A DNA stretch of 64,000 nt from Candidatus Cloacimonadales bacterium (GTDB taxonomy: Bacteria > Cloacimonadota > Cloacimonadia > Cloacimonadales > JAIOQZ01), in NCBI GenBank assembly GCA_963665815.1, contig OY762463.1, forward strand, positions 736,001 through 800,000, given 5' to 3'. The position numbers were made by a program, and so were the translations under genes. The first letter of the stretch is position 1. Every line of letters begins with the position of its first letter. Below, piece by piece: positions 1-9,101 of this stretch. The notes under the pieces were generated by a model. The model searched no databases. It saw only the letters and a program-made list of their open reading frames with translations, and had not been told where the DNA came from.

Positions 1-1
1 T

Positions 2-730
2 AATTGGAAACTTGGTTCTATCCCGGATGAATACGCTAATGAGGATCTGGATGTAATTCCAATAAAAGTACGCGAAGATTTTGATGTTGTTTTAAAATCC
101 GAATATACATACAATGCCACAGCTGCTTCTGTTGATGTCATTGCTGAATTGACAAATGTTGGATCAAAACGATCGAGCAACACAAGAATATTTGTTTATC
201 TACTCAAAAAAAATGGAAATCTCTGGTCATCTAAATCAGACAATCTTAAACAACTTAAACCTGAAGATAAAATAACTTACAAGTTTACTGATCTTCATGC
301 GTCATCCATTGAGCCGTTTAAAATAAGACTTGCTATCAAGAGAAAACATGAATTAATCACACAGATTGAGAGTGAATGGATAACATGTACAGCTCCAATG
401 CCAGAGATAATGCTTGATTTTGCATCTTCATACAGATACAATAAAATTCTTTCAAGCGTAGAAGTAGATGTTGATATAAATCTGGAAAACAAGGGCTCTC
501 TGAATGCAAAAGATGCTTATCTGCTTGTTTCACTTGAAAATCCCGAAACACACATTTCCTGGGACATTGAAAAAAGAGTAATCGGCTCACTAAATACGGG
601 AGAGAAAAGAAAGATCAGGATAACAGATCTAAAGGCCAAAACAAAACTTGATATAAAAATCGTGGTTAAACTGAAAGGTTCTAATTTTGATGAATTAAAA
701 CTTGCCAGTGACTGGCTTGTTCTTAAATAA
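2..730 (+). CDS. Hypothetical protein, 5'-partial, with CARDB/Ig-like beta-sandwich repeats
   Basis: The frame is open from base 2 to the stop at 730, so the ORF-track start at 149 is internal. It has two 'NxGxxxA/S...LxPxE/GE' CARDB-like segments. Confidence 0.55.
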   Translation, partial: NWKLGSIPDEYANEDLDVIPIKVREDFDVVLKSEYTYNATAASVDVIAELTNVGSKRSSNTRIFVYLLKKNGNLWSSKSDNLKQLKPEDKITYKFTDLHASSIEPFKIRLAIKRKHELITQIESEWITCTAPMPEIMLDFASSYRYNKILSSVEVDVDINLENKGSLNAKDAYLLVSLENPETHISWDIEKRVIGSLNTGEKRKIRITDLKAKTKLDIKIVVKLKGSNFDELKLASDWLVLK

Positions 731-758
731 TTGAATAAAAAACATTCAGGCAGGTTAA

Positions 759-3071
759 ATGTTAGAGTACTCTTATCAAAACAGCACAAAAGATTCTGGT
801 TCTCAATGGAAATCATATCTTGAACTGGATATAAAAATATCTGATATTGCAGACAATAGTATTAATGATTCCTTATTTGAGAAAAGACTTGAAGATAACT
901 GTATTCTTAACAACATTTCAGATTCCGGCAAAAAATATTCGAAAACTGTCTGTGGAAGCTTTTCGAAAGGCATTGAGTACCTGATTAAAAGTTATTCGAT
1001 GCTCGAACAAGACATATACTGGAAGAACAGTTTAAAATTTGATGCTTCACTTCTGGCAAACATCATCAGTTCAGACATGACCTTTTTAAGTGATCAGCTA
1101 AATTGGAAGGATGATGAGATTGAACTCCTTAGATCTGCTTTTGAAAATTACTATTCTCTGACAAACAGTTACGAAAATGCAGATAAAGCATTACAAAAGT
1201 TGCTTGAAATTGATAAACTCAAACCTGAGAATTACTATATACATTACAAAATCGGCATGATTTATCTGTTTTCTCCTTCATGCCTCGATATTGAAAAAGC
1301 TGAATTTTTCTTCAGAAAATGTATACATAATTCAATGTCAAAGCATTCTTCTCTGGCAATTCAACTTACAAAGCACACACTGCCTTCATCTATAGATATT
1401 TTGAATATCAATGATCTTGTAAGATATTACACTGCTGAAGCATATTATAAGTATAGCATATTGAATTATATAAAGGGAGAATTTGATAAAGGTTTAAAGA
1501 ATGCGGCCAAAGCATTCACAATAAATCCTGATCTTCATAATTCATTATATCTACAGGCAAAAATCTTTGCTGTGCAGAATAAAATTCAGGAGGCAATATC
1601 AATCTTCAATAAACTGTCTGATATTAATCCCATCTATGCAGTTAAATCAGTTTTTGATCATGACTTCTGTTCAAAGTCAAGAATACTTGATTATTTCGAT
1701 AAAATCCGAAATGTTAATGTATCAATGGTACTTAACCTTTTAGTATTATTAAAGAAAAAAAAGGTAAAAAATAGTGTTACAAACCAGTACATCGTAAAAA
1801 TTGAAAAATCTCTCGAACAGGATAATTCATTTCTATCATCTTATCGGGCCCTAAGGCTTGTTAAAGATAAAAGAATATGGGTAATAAAAGATTATGTAAT
1901 TGATACAACATCAAAACCGATTGTTCTGCAAGCTCATAAATCGCCTGTATCATCGTTGTGTTTTCATCCATACCTTAACATGCTTGTTTCAGGGAGCTGG
2001 GATTCTTCAATTATTGAGTGGAATCTCAAGAATCAGAAGATTATCAAGCATTACAGGGGCTTTCGCGGAGAAATAACCTGTGCAGCGTACAGCAGTTCAG
2101 GTAAATACATTATTGCAGTAACTTCAGAAGGCCATGCAAAACTAATTGACTCCTCAGAATCAATTGTTATAAAGGATTGGGATTTCGGGAAATGCATAAT
2201 ATCCTCTGCCTGTTTTTCAAGAGATGATAAAACTATTTATTTTGGGTGCTCAGATAAGCAGATACGGATAATTGATCGAAAATCCGATTCCGTTTCCAGC
2301 ATCAGGACATCCGATTCTGTGACCGTAATGGAACATTTGAATATGTCAGAAGGAATTGTCTGGGGTGAAAGTTCAGGGGCAGTCCACTATAACAACTTCG
2401 ACAGTAACACAAAACTTGTTTTTAAAGAACACAATGCGACTATTACGGCATTATCCCTGAATAGTATTGACTCAAAAATTGTTTCAGCAAGTGAAGATAA
2501 AATTGCAGTTATCTGGGATCTTGAGACTGAAAAAGCAGTTACGAAAATTAAAAGTACAGGTATAAAGTTCCATGATATTGATTTCAGTCCAAACGATACT
2601 TTGTTCGCAGCTGCCTGCTCTGATAATTTTACAAGGCTGTATAACCTGTCAGGACGAGAGATAGGAAAATACTCAGGTCATAAAATAAGTGTTGAAGCTG
2701 TTAAGATGCAGAAAACAGGAAATGTTCTTGCAACAGCCGGATATGATAAAAACGTAAAGCTCTGGGGAAAATTCATAGTTCAAAATACATTCAATGTTTC
2801 TCTAAGAGATATTGTATCTGTAGAAATTAAGAATGCAAAGAATCTCGAAGCTTATGAATCTAACATTACTCGAATCAAAGAAAAAACCGCAAGCTGTCTT
2901 CTTATAGAAGGAAAAGAATACTTTGAAAATGCAAGAGAAGAAGAAAAAAAGCAAAACAAACGTTTTGGAACTAAAGATTACAAGAAAGCATACAATTTAT
3001 ATGTTAAAGCATATGAAGCAGGTGTTACCGATGCAGAAGATAAAATCAAGGAACTCAAATCCAAGCTATAG
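759..3071 (+). CDS. TPR + WD40 repeat protein
   Basis: N-terminal TPR-like helices (KPENYYIHYKIGMIY, AFTINPDLHNSLYLQAKIF) and C-terminal WD40 repeats (AHKSPVSSLCFHP...SGSWDSSIIEWN; GHKISVEAV...TAGYDKNVKLW). Confidence 0.8.
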   Translation: MLEYSYQNSTKDSGSQWKSYLELDIKISDIADNSINDSLFEKRLEDNCILNNISDSGKKYSKTVCGSFSKGIEYLIKSYSMLEQDIYWKNSLKFDASLLANIISSDMTFLSDQLNWKDDEIELLRSAFENYYSLTNSYENADKALQKLLEIDKLKPENYYIHYKIGMIYLFSPSCLDIEKAEFFFRKCIHNSMSKHSSLAIQLTKHTLPSSIDILNINDLVRYYTAEAYYKYSILNYIKGEFDKGLKNAAKAFTINPDLHNSLYLQAKIFAVQNKIQEAISIFNKLSDINPIYAVKSVFDHDFCSKSRILDYFDKIRNVNVSMVLNLLVLLKKKKVKNSVTNQYIVKIEKSLEQDNSFLSSYRALRLVKDKRIWVIKDYVIDTTSKPIVLQAHKSPVSSLCFHPYLNMLVSGSWDSSIIEWNLKNQKIIKHYRGFRGEITCAAYSSSGKYIIAVTSEGHAKLIDSSESIVIKDWDFGKCIISSACFSRDDKTIYFGCSDKQIRIIDRKSDSVSSIRTSDSVTVMEHLNMSEGIVWGESSGAVHYNNFDSNTKLVFKEHNATITALSLNSIDSKIVSASEDKIAVIWDLETEKAVTKIKSTGIKFHDIDFSPNDTLFAAACSDNFTRLYNLSGREIGKYSGHKISVEAVKMQKTGNVLATAGYDKNVKLWGKFIVQNTFNVSLRDIVSVEIKNAKNLEAYESNITRIKEKTASCLLIEGKEYFENAREEEKKQNKRFGTKDYKKAYNLYVKAYEAGVTDAEDKIKELKSKL

Positions 3072-3073
3072 AT

Positions 3074-4189
3074 TTATATAAGCTCCCAGTCTTTATAAAT
3101 TATCTGATATCCTGCGTTCTCTACAAATTCAACAATTTCTTCCGTTGTTCTTGCATCAGAAATCTCAAATTGCGGTGTTTCCTCAGAATGATCACTGGAA
3201 TAGCCACCAACCTGTGTATTTGACTCTGCAGAAAATCTTGTTACTCCCAATGGTAAAACATTATTGCGGAATTCTGCATTTTCTCTTGTCGAAACAGTGA
3301 TTCCAACTCTTGGCAGGAATAATCTGAATGCACTCATATATTGAACAAATTTTTTATCTGATAATGGATACTTTGCCAAATATGATCCTTCAGCATTATT
3401 TATTCGAGGTAAAGAAATACTTATTTCTGTATCAAGATATTTCCGTTGTAGGTAGTCAGCATGTAAAGCACAGAAAAAAGCTTCTTTATATGTATCAGTC
3501 AGCCCAAACAAAGGACCTATACCTATCATACGAAAGCCTGCTTCAGCTCCTCTTTCCGGAGTAAGAATCCTGAAATCATAATCACGCTTTTTACCTTTAA
3601 GGTGTACTTCTTTGTATACATCACGGTTATATACTTCCTGATACACTGTCAAACCATCTACACCAGCTTCCTTCAGTCTATGGTAATCCTCGGTTTCCAT
3701 TGGATACACTTCGATGGATATTGAAGAAAAATAATCTTTGGCAATTTCAACTGCTTTAATAATATAATCCACAGTTGCCATGCCAGGAGCTTCTCCGGTT
3801 AGCAGAAGAAGATGCTTCATTTTTGTATGAGATATTATCTTCATCTGTTCTCGTATTTCATCTTCTGTCAACTGCAGTCTCTTAATCTGGTTTTTATGAT
3901 TGAATCCACAGTATATGCATTCATTACTGCAGTAGTTGGAAATATAAAGAGGAATATAGAGTTGGATTGTTCTCCCGAAATACTGTATTGTTTCATTGTG
4001 AGATTTTCGAGCCATTTCTTCTATGAAAGTTTCAGCCCTATCTGACAATAAATTAAGTAAATCATTAATATTTCTATCTTTTTTATTAAGACTTCTTCTT
4101 ATATCTTCATCTGTTACATTCTTATTATATGCTTCGAAATCGAAATTTTCGTATTTATTTATCAGGTCTCTGAAGTCACAGTTTAACAT
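3074..4189 (-). CDS. thiH: 2-iminoacetate synthase (radical SAM tyrosine lyase)
   Basis: YIPLYISNYCSNECIYCGF (CxxxCxxC), C-terminal QFEISDAR...YKDW, and position directly downstream of thiG. Confidence 0.95.
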   Translation of the reverse strand: MLNCDFRDLINKYENFDFEAYNKNVTDEDIRRSLNKKDRNINDLLNLLSDRAETFIEEMARKSHNETIQYFGRTIQLYIPLYISNYCSNECIYCGFNHKNQIKRLQLTEDEIREQMKIISHTKMKHLLLLTGEAPGMATVDYIIKAVEIAKDYFSSISIEVYPMETEDYHRLKEAGVDGLTVYQEVYNRDVYKEVHLKGKKRDYDFRILTPERGAEAGFRMIGIGPLFGLTDTYKEAFFCALHADYLQRKYLDTEISISLPRINNAEGSYLAKYPLSDKKFVQYMSAFRLFLPRVGITVSTRENAEFRNNVLPLGVTRFSAESNTQVGGYSSDHSEETPQFEISDARTTEEIVEFVENAGYQIIYKDWELI

Positions 4190-4204
4190 GTTTATCTTCC
4201 TATT

Positions 4205-4978
4205 TTATCGGAGAAATCCGGTTAATGGAGATGATGCATCTGCCACCATTTTTTCTTCTGCAAGTCTTGCTGTAAAAGCCATTCTACCTGCTTTAACAGC
4301 CATACTGAAAGCTTTACCCATTGCTTCAGGATCAGCAGCAGCAGAAATTGCAGTATTAACAAGAACAGCATCTGCTCCCATTTCCATAGCTTCAGCAGCT
4401 TGAGAAGGTCTGCCTATTCCTGCATCAACAATTACCGGAACGGATGAAACATCAATCATCATTCTGATGATTTCTTTTGTTTGAAGTCCTCTGTTAGATC
4501 CAATTGCAGAGCCAAGAGGCATTACTGCTGAAGCACCTGCATCAATCATTTTTCTGGTTGCAGCAACATCTGCCATCATATATGGTAAAACAACAAATCC
4601 TTCATTTGCTAAAATTCGGGTTGCTTTAAGTGTTTCTTCATTATCCGGCATAAGATATTTAAGATCTGTTATGACTTCAATTTTAATAAAATCTCCACAA
4701 CCGGCAGCTCTGGCAATTCTGGCTATTCTAATGGCTTCTTCTGCATTTCTTGCACCTGAAGTATTAGGAAGCAGTCTTACAGTGTCAGGAATATATGATA
4801 GTATATTATCTTGTTCTGTCGATGGATCTACTCTTCTTAACGCAACAGTAATCATTTCAGATCCGCTTGCTTCCAGCATCTTGGGGATAAGCAATTTAGA
4901 GGAAAATTTCCCGGTACCTGTAAACAACCTGTTACTGAATTCATAATCTGCAATTTTAAATGTATCTTTCATAATCAT
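4205..4978 (-). CDS. thiG: Thiazole synthase
   Basis: [68 protein letters not shown]. Confidence 0.97.
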   Translation of the reverse strand: MIMKDTFKIADYEFSNRLFTGTGKFSSKLLIPKMLEASGSEMITVALRRVDPSTEQDNILSYIPDTVRLLPNTSGARNAEEAIRIARIARAAGCGDFIKIEVITDLKYLMPDNEETLKATRILANEGFVVLPYMMADVAATRKMIDAGASAVMPLGSAIGSNRGLQTKEIIRMMIDVSSVPVIVDAGIGRPSQAAEAMEMGADAVLVNTAISAAADPEAMGKAFSMAVKAGRMAFTARLAEEKMVADASSPLTGFLR

Positions 4979-5172
4979 CCACCTCCGACAAAACTGAGAA
5001 CTTCAATCTTGTCATTTTCTTTGAGAGCTTGAGTTGACCAGTCTTCCGGCTTAACAATCAAACCGTTGTATTCAACAATTAAAGAAGCTCTGTTCAGCTT
5101 GAGTAAATCTATATATTCGGAAAGAGTTACCGAATCAGTATTTTCTTCTTTTCCATTTACTATTATTTTCAC
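4975..5172 (-). CDS. thiS: Sulfur carrier protein ThiS
   Basis: Ubiquitin-like size, ending FVGGG. GTG start at 5172 follows an AGGAG RBS. The stop overlaps the thiG start. Confidence 0.92.
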   Translation of the reverse strand: MKIIVNGKEENTDSVTLSEYIDLLKLNRASLIVEYNGLIVKPEDWSTQALKENDKIEVLSFVGGG

Positions 5173-5284
5173 TTTTTTCTCCTGAATCAAGGCTTTTTTT
5201 TAGAGAGCTCAGGTCAATAGATTTTTGGATTAACTTTCACGGTACAATTTAATACTCTTAAATTCATCGGCAATAAGAAATTTG

Positions 5285-5896
5285 TCATCTGAGTTCCATT
5301 CTCATTTTTAACCAGCAGCTGATATTAAAAACTTTTTTAAGTATTAATGATTTACTCTTACTGCTAATGAAGAATCCAACTCGTTTGTAAAGATGGATTG
5401 CAGGATTTGAACTGGCAACATTGATTGTGAGAAGTCTTAACCCTCTTATACTGGCAATATTCCGGGCATATTTCAGCAATGCTGTTCCAACCCCTTGATT
5501 CCGGTATTCTGAACCCACAGCTACAAGCTCAATATAGCATTCATTCCCGGCTGGCTTGTTATGCAAGATTCTCAAGCCTGCCCAGATTCTTATACTTTTC
5601 CATAGACCTACCTGCAAAGCTTTGAAGTAATACAGAAAATTCGTTTTTCTGGTTTTCTGATTTTTCCACCTCAATATAAGAAGTCCCACAATTTCTCCAT
5701 CAACTACAGCAACATAATAACCCTTGAAAGGTATCGTCTTTATGACTGAAACCAGATGCATTAGCTCCACTAAGTTAGAGTCTTCAAAGCTGAGCAGCTT
5801 AGTATACTTACTCTTATATGCATCCACAATTATACTTTTACAAATATCCAGATCAGATTCGTAAAAGGGTCTTATAACAAGGTTCTTTTTTTCCAA
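5285..5896 (-). CDS. GNAT family N-acetyltransferase
   Basis: YIELVAVGSEYRNQGVGTALL (motif A) and NPAIHLYKRVGF (motif B). Confidence 0.9.
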   Translation of the reverse strand: MEKKNLVIRPFYESDLDICKSIIVDAYKSKYTKLLSFEDSNLVELMHLVSVIKTIPFKGYYVAVVDGEIVGLLILRWKNQKTRKTNFLYYFKALQVGLWKSIRIWAGLRILHNKPAGNECYIELVAVGSEYRNQGVGTALLKYARNIASIRGLRLLTINVASSNPAIHLYKRVGFFISSKSKSLILKKVFNISCWLKMRMELR

Positions 5897-6111
5897 AATA
5901 TCATCCTGTTTAAATTTAGTTAACTACAACTATTGAGTATGCCATATTAATTAACTCAAATTAAAAATCAAGTTTCGTTTTGAGAAAATTTTATTCTTGA
6001 CAATTTATATTATACATATTTTATTTTTGGGAATTCAAACAGTACTGTAAAAAATGCAGGTAAGTGAGACATTTACCAGCAAAAGAATCAGATTCTTATT
6101 TTATGTATATT

Positions 6112-6229
6112 TTCGATTAAATGTGTACGGGATACATGTATTCTTTTTTTAGAATATATGTATTAGTGTGTATGCTTGAGGGAGCATATATTTAATCGAC
6201 TGCAACTGCAGTTATAGCGGAGGAAATAA
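6112..6229 (+). promoter_or_regulatory. Conserved structured 5' leader, copy 1
   Basis: Shares the blocks TGTACGGGATACAT, TGTATTAGTGTGTATGCnTGAGGGA and ACTGCAACnGCAGT with 8976-9101. These fold into hairpins just upstream of the RBS. Confidence 0.6.
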
Positions 6230-8872
6230 ATGAACTACAGATTCTTAATTCTACTAATCTTATTAATTGGTGCAGCAACATTCGTACAAGCAGACATGAT
6301 GGCAATGATAGCGAAAAAAGGACACACTGTTTCCGAACAGGATAGTCTTGATGGGGCATTTAATGATCCTTTTGATTACTTTGAATTTATGATGCTGATG
6401 TCTACTGATAATAATGGAATTTACCCTGGTTATCTTTCAGGTTTGGAGGATGATCATCATGCAGATCGAGTTATTAACAATGATGGATATGGAGTTATTT
6501 TTTATAGAACTAACAGCCATTACATAATTGATAATGAAGCTTATGTCGGTAATTCAAATTGCCAGAAATTCTACCAGAGAGGAGAAGATACTTATTTTCC
6601 TGGTTCAACCTGGAATCCCAATGGTGATGGAAGAGCCTTATCTTTTGCATACTCCAGAATTTTGAATGAATCCGGTTATCCAGTTCCGTATGATAATGAC
6701 AATGAAATAGCAAAAATCGTTATGGGGCATGACAGGCATGGTACAGTAGGTACAGGGAATCATCCATTCACTATTACAGATGATGACTTTGACCCAAATA
6801 GAACCTATTCCATGATGGGTACTGGTACACTAAGCTCAGCCTGCTATTCAGCTATGAGAACATTCCTTAATAATCATAACTGGTGGGCAACTCACCAGAC
6901 AAATTACTACACAAATTATTTAACCTGTCCGGATACTGAAATACTTTTTCACTATTTAGTGTACTTTATACAACAACACGATGGAGAAGTTGAAGAGGGT
7001 ATTACGCTTGCTTTAAATCAGACTAATATAAACGGTTTTAATGTCAGAGAATATTTAATGAACCCGACTGAAGGAGTTGGTGATTATGAGGATTACTGGT
7101 TAGGTGTTACAAACTTCGTATTCAGTGATGGTCAATCTTTATACCTCTTTACTAATGCAGATGAAGAGGATTTACGTCATGAACTTTCCTATAAAGATTT
7201 AGGTTCAGTATATGCAGTTAAAACACTCGCACCTGAAGGTGGAACTCTGGTCGATCAATTCAGTCTAGTAACACTCTCATCAGGTAGTACTCCTACAATT
7301 ACTCAAGGTATTCTTGATTTACAACCAGTAATTGAGCCGGGAATAAGTACAACAGATTCCAGATTCGGACATAGTGTAGATGTTTACGGCGATTTTGCTG
7401 TGATCGGTGCTCCATCTGATGATCTTGGAGGTTGGGTAACCGGTGCCGGAGCTGTTTATGTGTATAAGAAAAATGCTGAAGGTATATGGAATTTCTTCCA
7501 GCTCCTCAATCTTGATAATCCAACTTACAGTGATAATTTTGGTTATTCCGTTTCAATTGCCGGTGATTATATTGCAGTGGGTTGTCCGGGAAAAGATAAT
7601 GGAAGAATTATAAACTGTGGAGCTGTTTACAGATATGAGTACAACAGTCAGTTGAATACCTGGAGACTTAATCAGTATGCTTATGGTCAGACCGCACAAG
7701 ATCTGTTAGGAAGCTCAGTTGCAGTAAGTACTGCAAATTATGTTGCAGCCGGAGCTCCAGGCTTTGACAGCCTTGCAGGCAGATCTGTCGGTAGAGTTAA
7801 CATCTACAAAACCGATACACACGGAACACCAGTTGATCCTCTATATCACATTCAGTCATCCTTTGGTATAGAAGCTGGTTCATACTATGGATCTTCAGTA
7901 GACATTAACAATTACCTTGCTGTTGGCGGTGCTCCTAGTCATGATTTGTATGGTACTGATTCAGGATCAATTAAGTTCATTTTCTTCATCTCGGGAACCG
8001 AATCCCCCTTTACAGCCCCTGTTGAAGTTCGTGAATATGACTGCTACGGATACTCCCTTGATCTGGCGTCAGATTGTAATGATGCCGACGTAAACACTGG
8101 CACAGGTGGAATATATGCAACAGCATTCAAAACAAAACCAACAGGTTATGACTTGATTGTAGGTGCACCGGGAACAATGAGAACTATTCCTAACTATGAT
8201 TATCAAGGAAAAGCTTATATAAGCTGTCAAACAGTCATTGATGCAGAAGAAACATTTGAGTACAGACCTTACTTCGGCTACTCAGTTGCGATTGAAGAAC
8301 AACAGGCTGCAGTTGGTGCAAGAGATGCAAATCTTCAAGGTGCAGTTTATACATATAGCTATTCAGGCTCATTCCTTGATCGCTTCACTAGTCATCAGCC
8401 AGAAGACAACCAGATGTTTGGCTGTGCAGTAGCATATGATGCCGAAACATTGATGATGGGAGCATGTAATCATTTAAATGAATTAGCAAATGGTGCAGTT
8501 TACTTCCTGAATTATCCTTCAATGGGAATGCCTGCATCACGCTCTACTCTTACTTCAGGTGCAGGATACTCAGAAGAGACACCTGATGCAGGTCTTAGAA
8601 CTTGCCTTAAAGGAAACTACCCAAATCCGTTCAACCCTGAAACTGTCATCAGCTTCTCACTCAAGGAAGATACTGAAGCTGTCCTTTCTATATACAATAT
8701 GAAAGGTCAGAAAATCAAAACTCTTAAGAGCGAATACATGACTGCTGGTGAACATTCAGTTGTCTGGAATGGTAAAGACGATAATGGAAATGATGTTTCC
8801 AGCGGTGTATACTTCTATAAACTTAATACAAACAACTATTCACAGATCAATAAAATGATTCTTATGAAATAA
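6230..8872 (+). CDS. Secreted protein: class II glutamine amidotransferase (Ntn)-like domain + FG-GAP propeller + C-terminal sorting domain
   Basis: Signal peptide; NNDGYGVIFY, IVMGHDR, NHPF, DTEILF and NFVFSDG (YafJ/EgtC-like motifs); FGHSV...VIGAP FG-GAP repeats; NYPNPFNPET...KMILMK tail. Confidence 0.75.
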   Translation: MNYRFLILLILLIGAATFVQADMMAMIAKKGHTVSEQDSLDGAFNDPFDYFEFMMLMSTDNNGIYPGYLSGLEDDHHADRVINNDGYGVIFYRTNSHYIIDNEAYVGNSNCQKFYQRGEDTYFPGSTWNPNGDGRALSFAYSRILNESGYPVPYDNDNEIAKIVMGHDRHGTVGTGNHPFTITDDDFDPNRTYSMMGTGTLSSACYSAMRTFLNNHNWWATHQTNYYTNYLTCPDTEILFHYLVYFIQQHDGEVEEGITLALNQTNINGFNVREYLMNPTEGVGDYEDYWLGVTNFVFSDGQSLYLFTNADEEDLRHELSYKDLGSVYAVKTLAPEGGTLVDQFSLVTLSSGSTPTITQGILDLQPVIEPGISTTDSRFGHSVDVYGDFAVIGAPSDDLGGWVTGAGAVYVYKKNAEGIWNFFQLLNLDNPTYSDNFGYSVSIAGDYIAVGCPGKDNGRIINCGAVYRYEYNSQLNTWRLNQYAYGQTAQDLLGSSVAVSTANYVAAGAPGFDSLAGRSVGRVNIYKTDTHGTPVDPLYHIQSSFGIEAGSYYGSSVDINNYLAVGGAPSHDLYGTDSGSIKFIFFISGTESPFTAPVEVREYDCYGYSLDLASDCNDADVNTGTGGIYATAFKTKPTGYDLIVGAPGTMRTIPNYDYQGKAYISCQTVIDAEETFEYRPYFGYSVAIEEQQAAVGARDANLQGAVYTYSYSGSFLDRFTSHQPEDNQMFGCAVAYDAETLMMGACNHLNELANGAVYFLNYPSMGMPASRSTLTSGAGYSEETPDAGLRTCLKGNYPNPFNPETVISFSLKEDTEAVLSIYNMKGQKIKTLKSEYMTAGEHSVVWNGKDDNGNDVSSGVYFYKLNTNNYSQINKMILMK

Positions 8873-8896
8873 TCTATAAGAAAACTGAACATTACA

Positions 8897-8918
8897 GGCT
8901 GCCGAGAAATCGGCAGCC
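8897..8918 (+). terminator. Hairpin, possible terminator or processing stem
   Basis: GGCTGCCGA-GAAA-TCGGCAGCC after the stop codon, with no strong U-tract. Confidence 0.5.
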
Positions 8919-8975
8919 GCATTAACCCGTCTTCAGTTAACTCAACGTTACAAACAAACGATCCTTTAAGTTAAT

Positions 8976-9101
8976 TTCGATGCTGATATGTACGGGATAC
9001 ATAATTATTCCTGAGGAAAGAATAATCTTGTATTAGTGTGTATGCATGAGGGACATATACGTAATTTACTGCAACCGCAGTATATTGTTGAGGAAAGAAA
9101 A
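8976..9101 (+). promoter_or_regulatory. Conserved structured 5' leader, copy 2
   Basis: Hairpins TATGTA-CGGGA-TACATA, ATTATTC-CTGAGGAAA-GAATAAT, GTGTATG-CATGAGGGA-CATATAC and TACTGC-AACC-GCAGTA. Homologous to 6112-6229. Confidence 0.6.

Noticed and set aside
5173-5284. TPP riboswitch upstream of thiS
   Set aside because: The conserved CUGAGA and CCUGA...UAAU...CG..GG elements are not identifiable in this short gap.
9036-9101. Extended ORF-track starts (also 20942, 25801, 45485, 51611, 58992)
   Set aside because: Downstream starts give better RBSs and/or intact signal peptides or domain boundaries.
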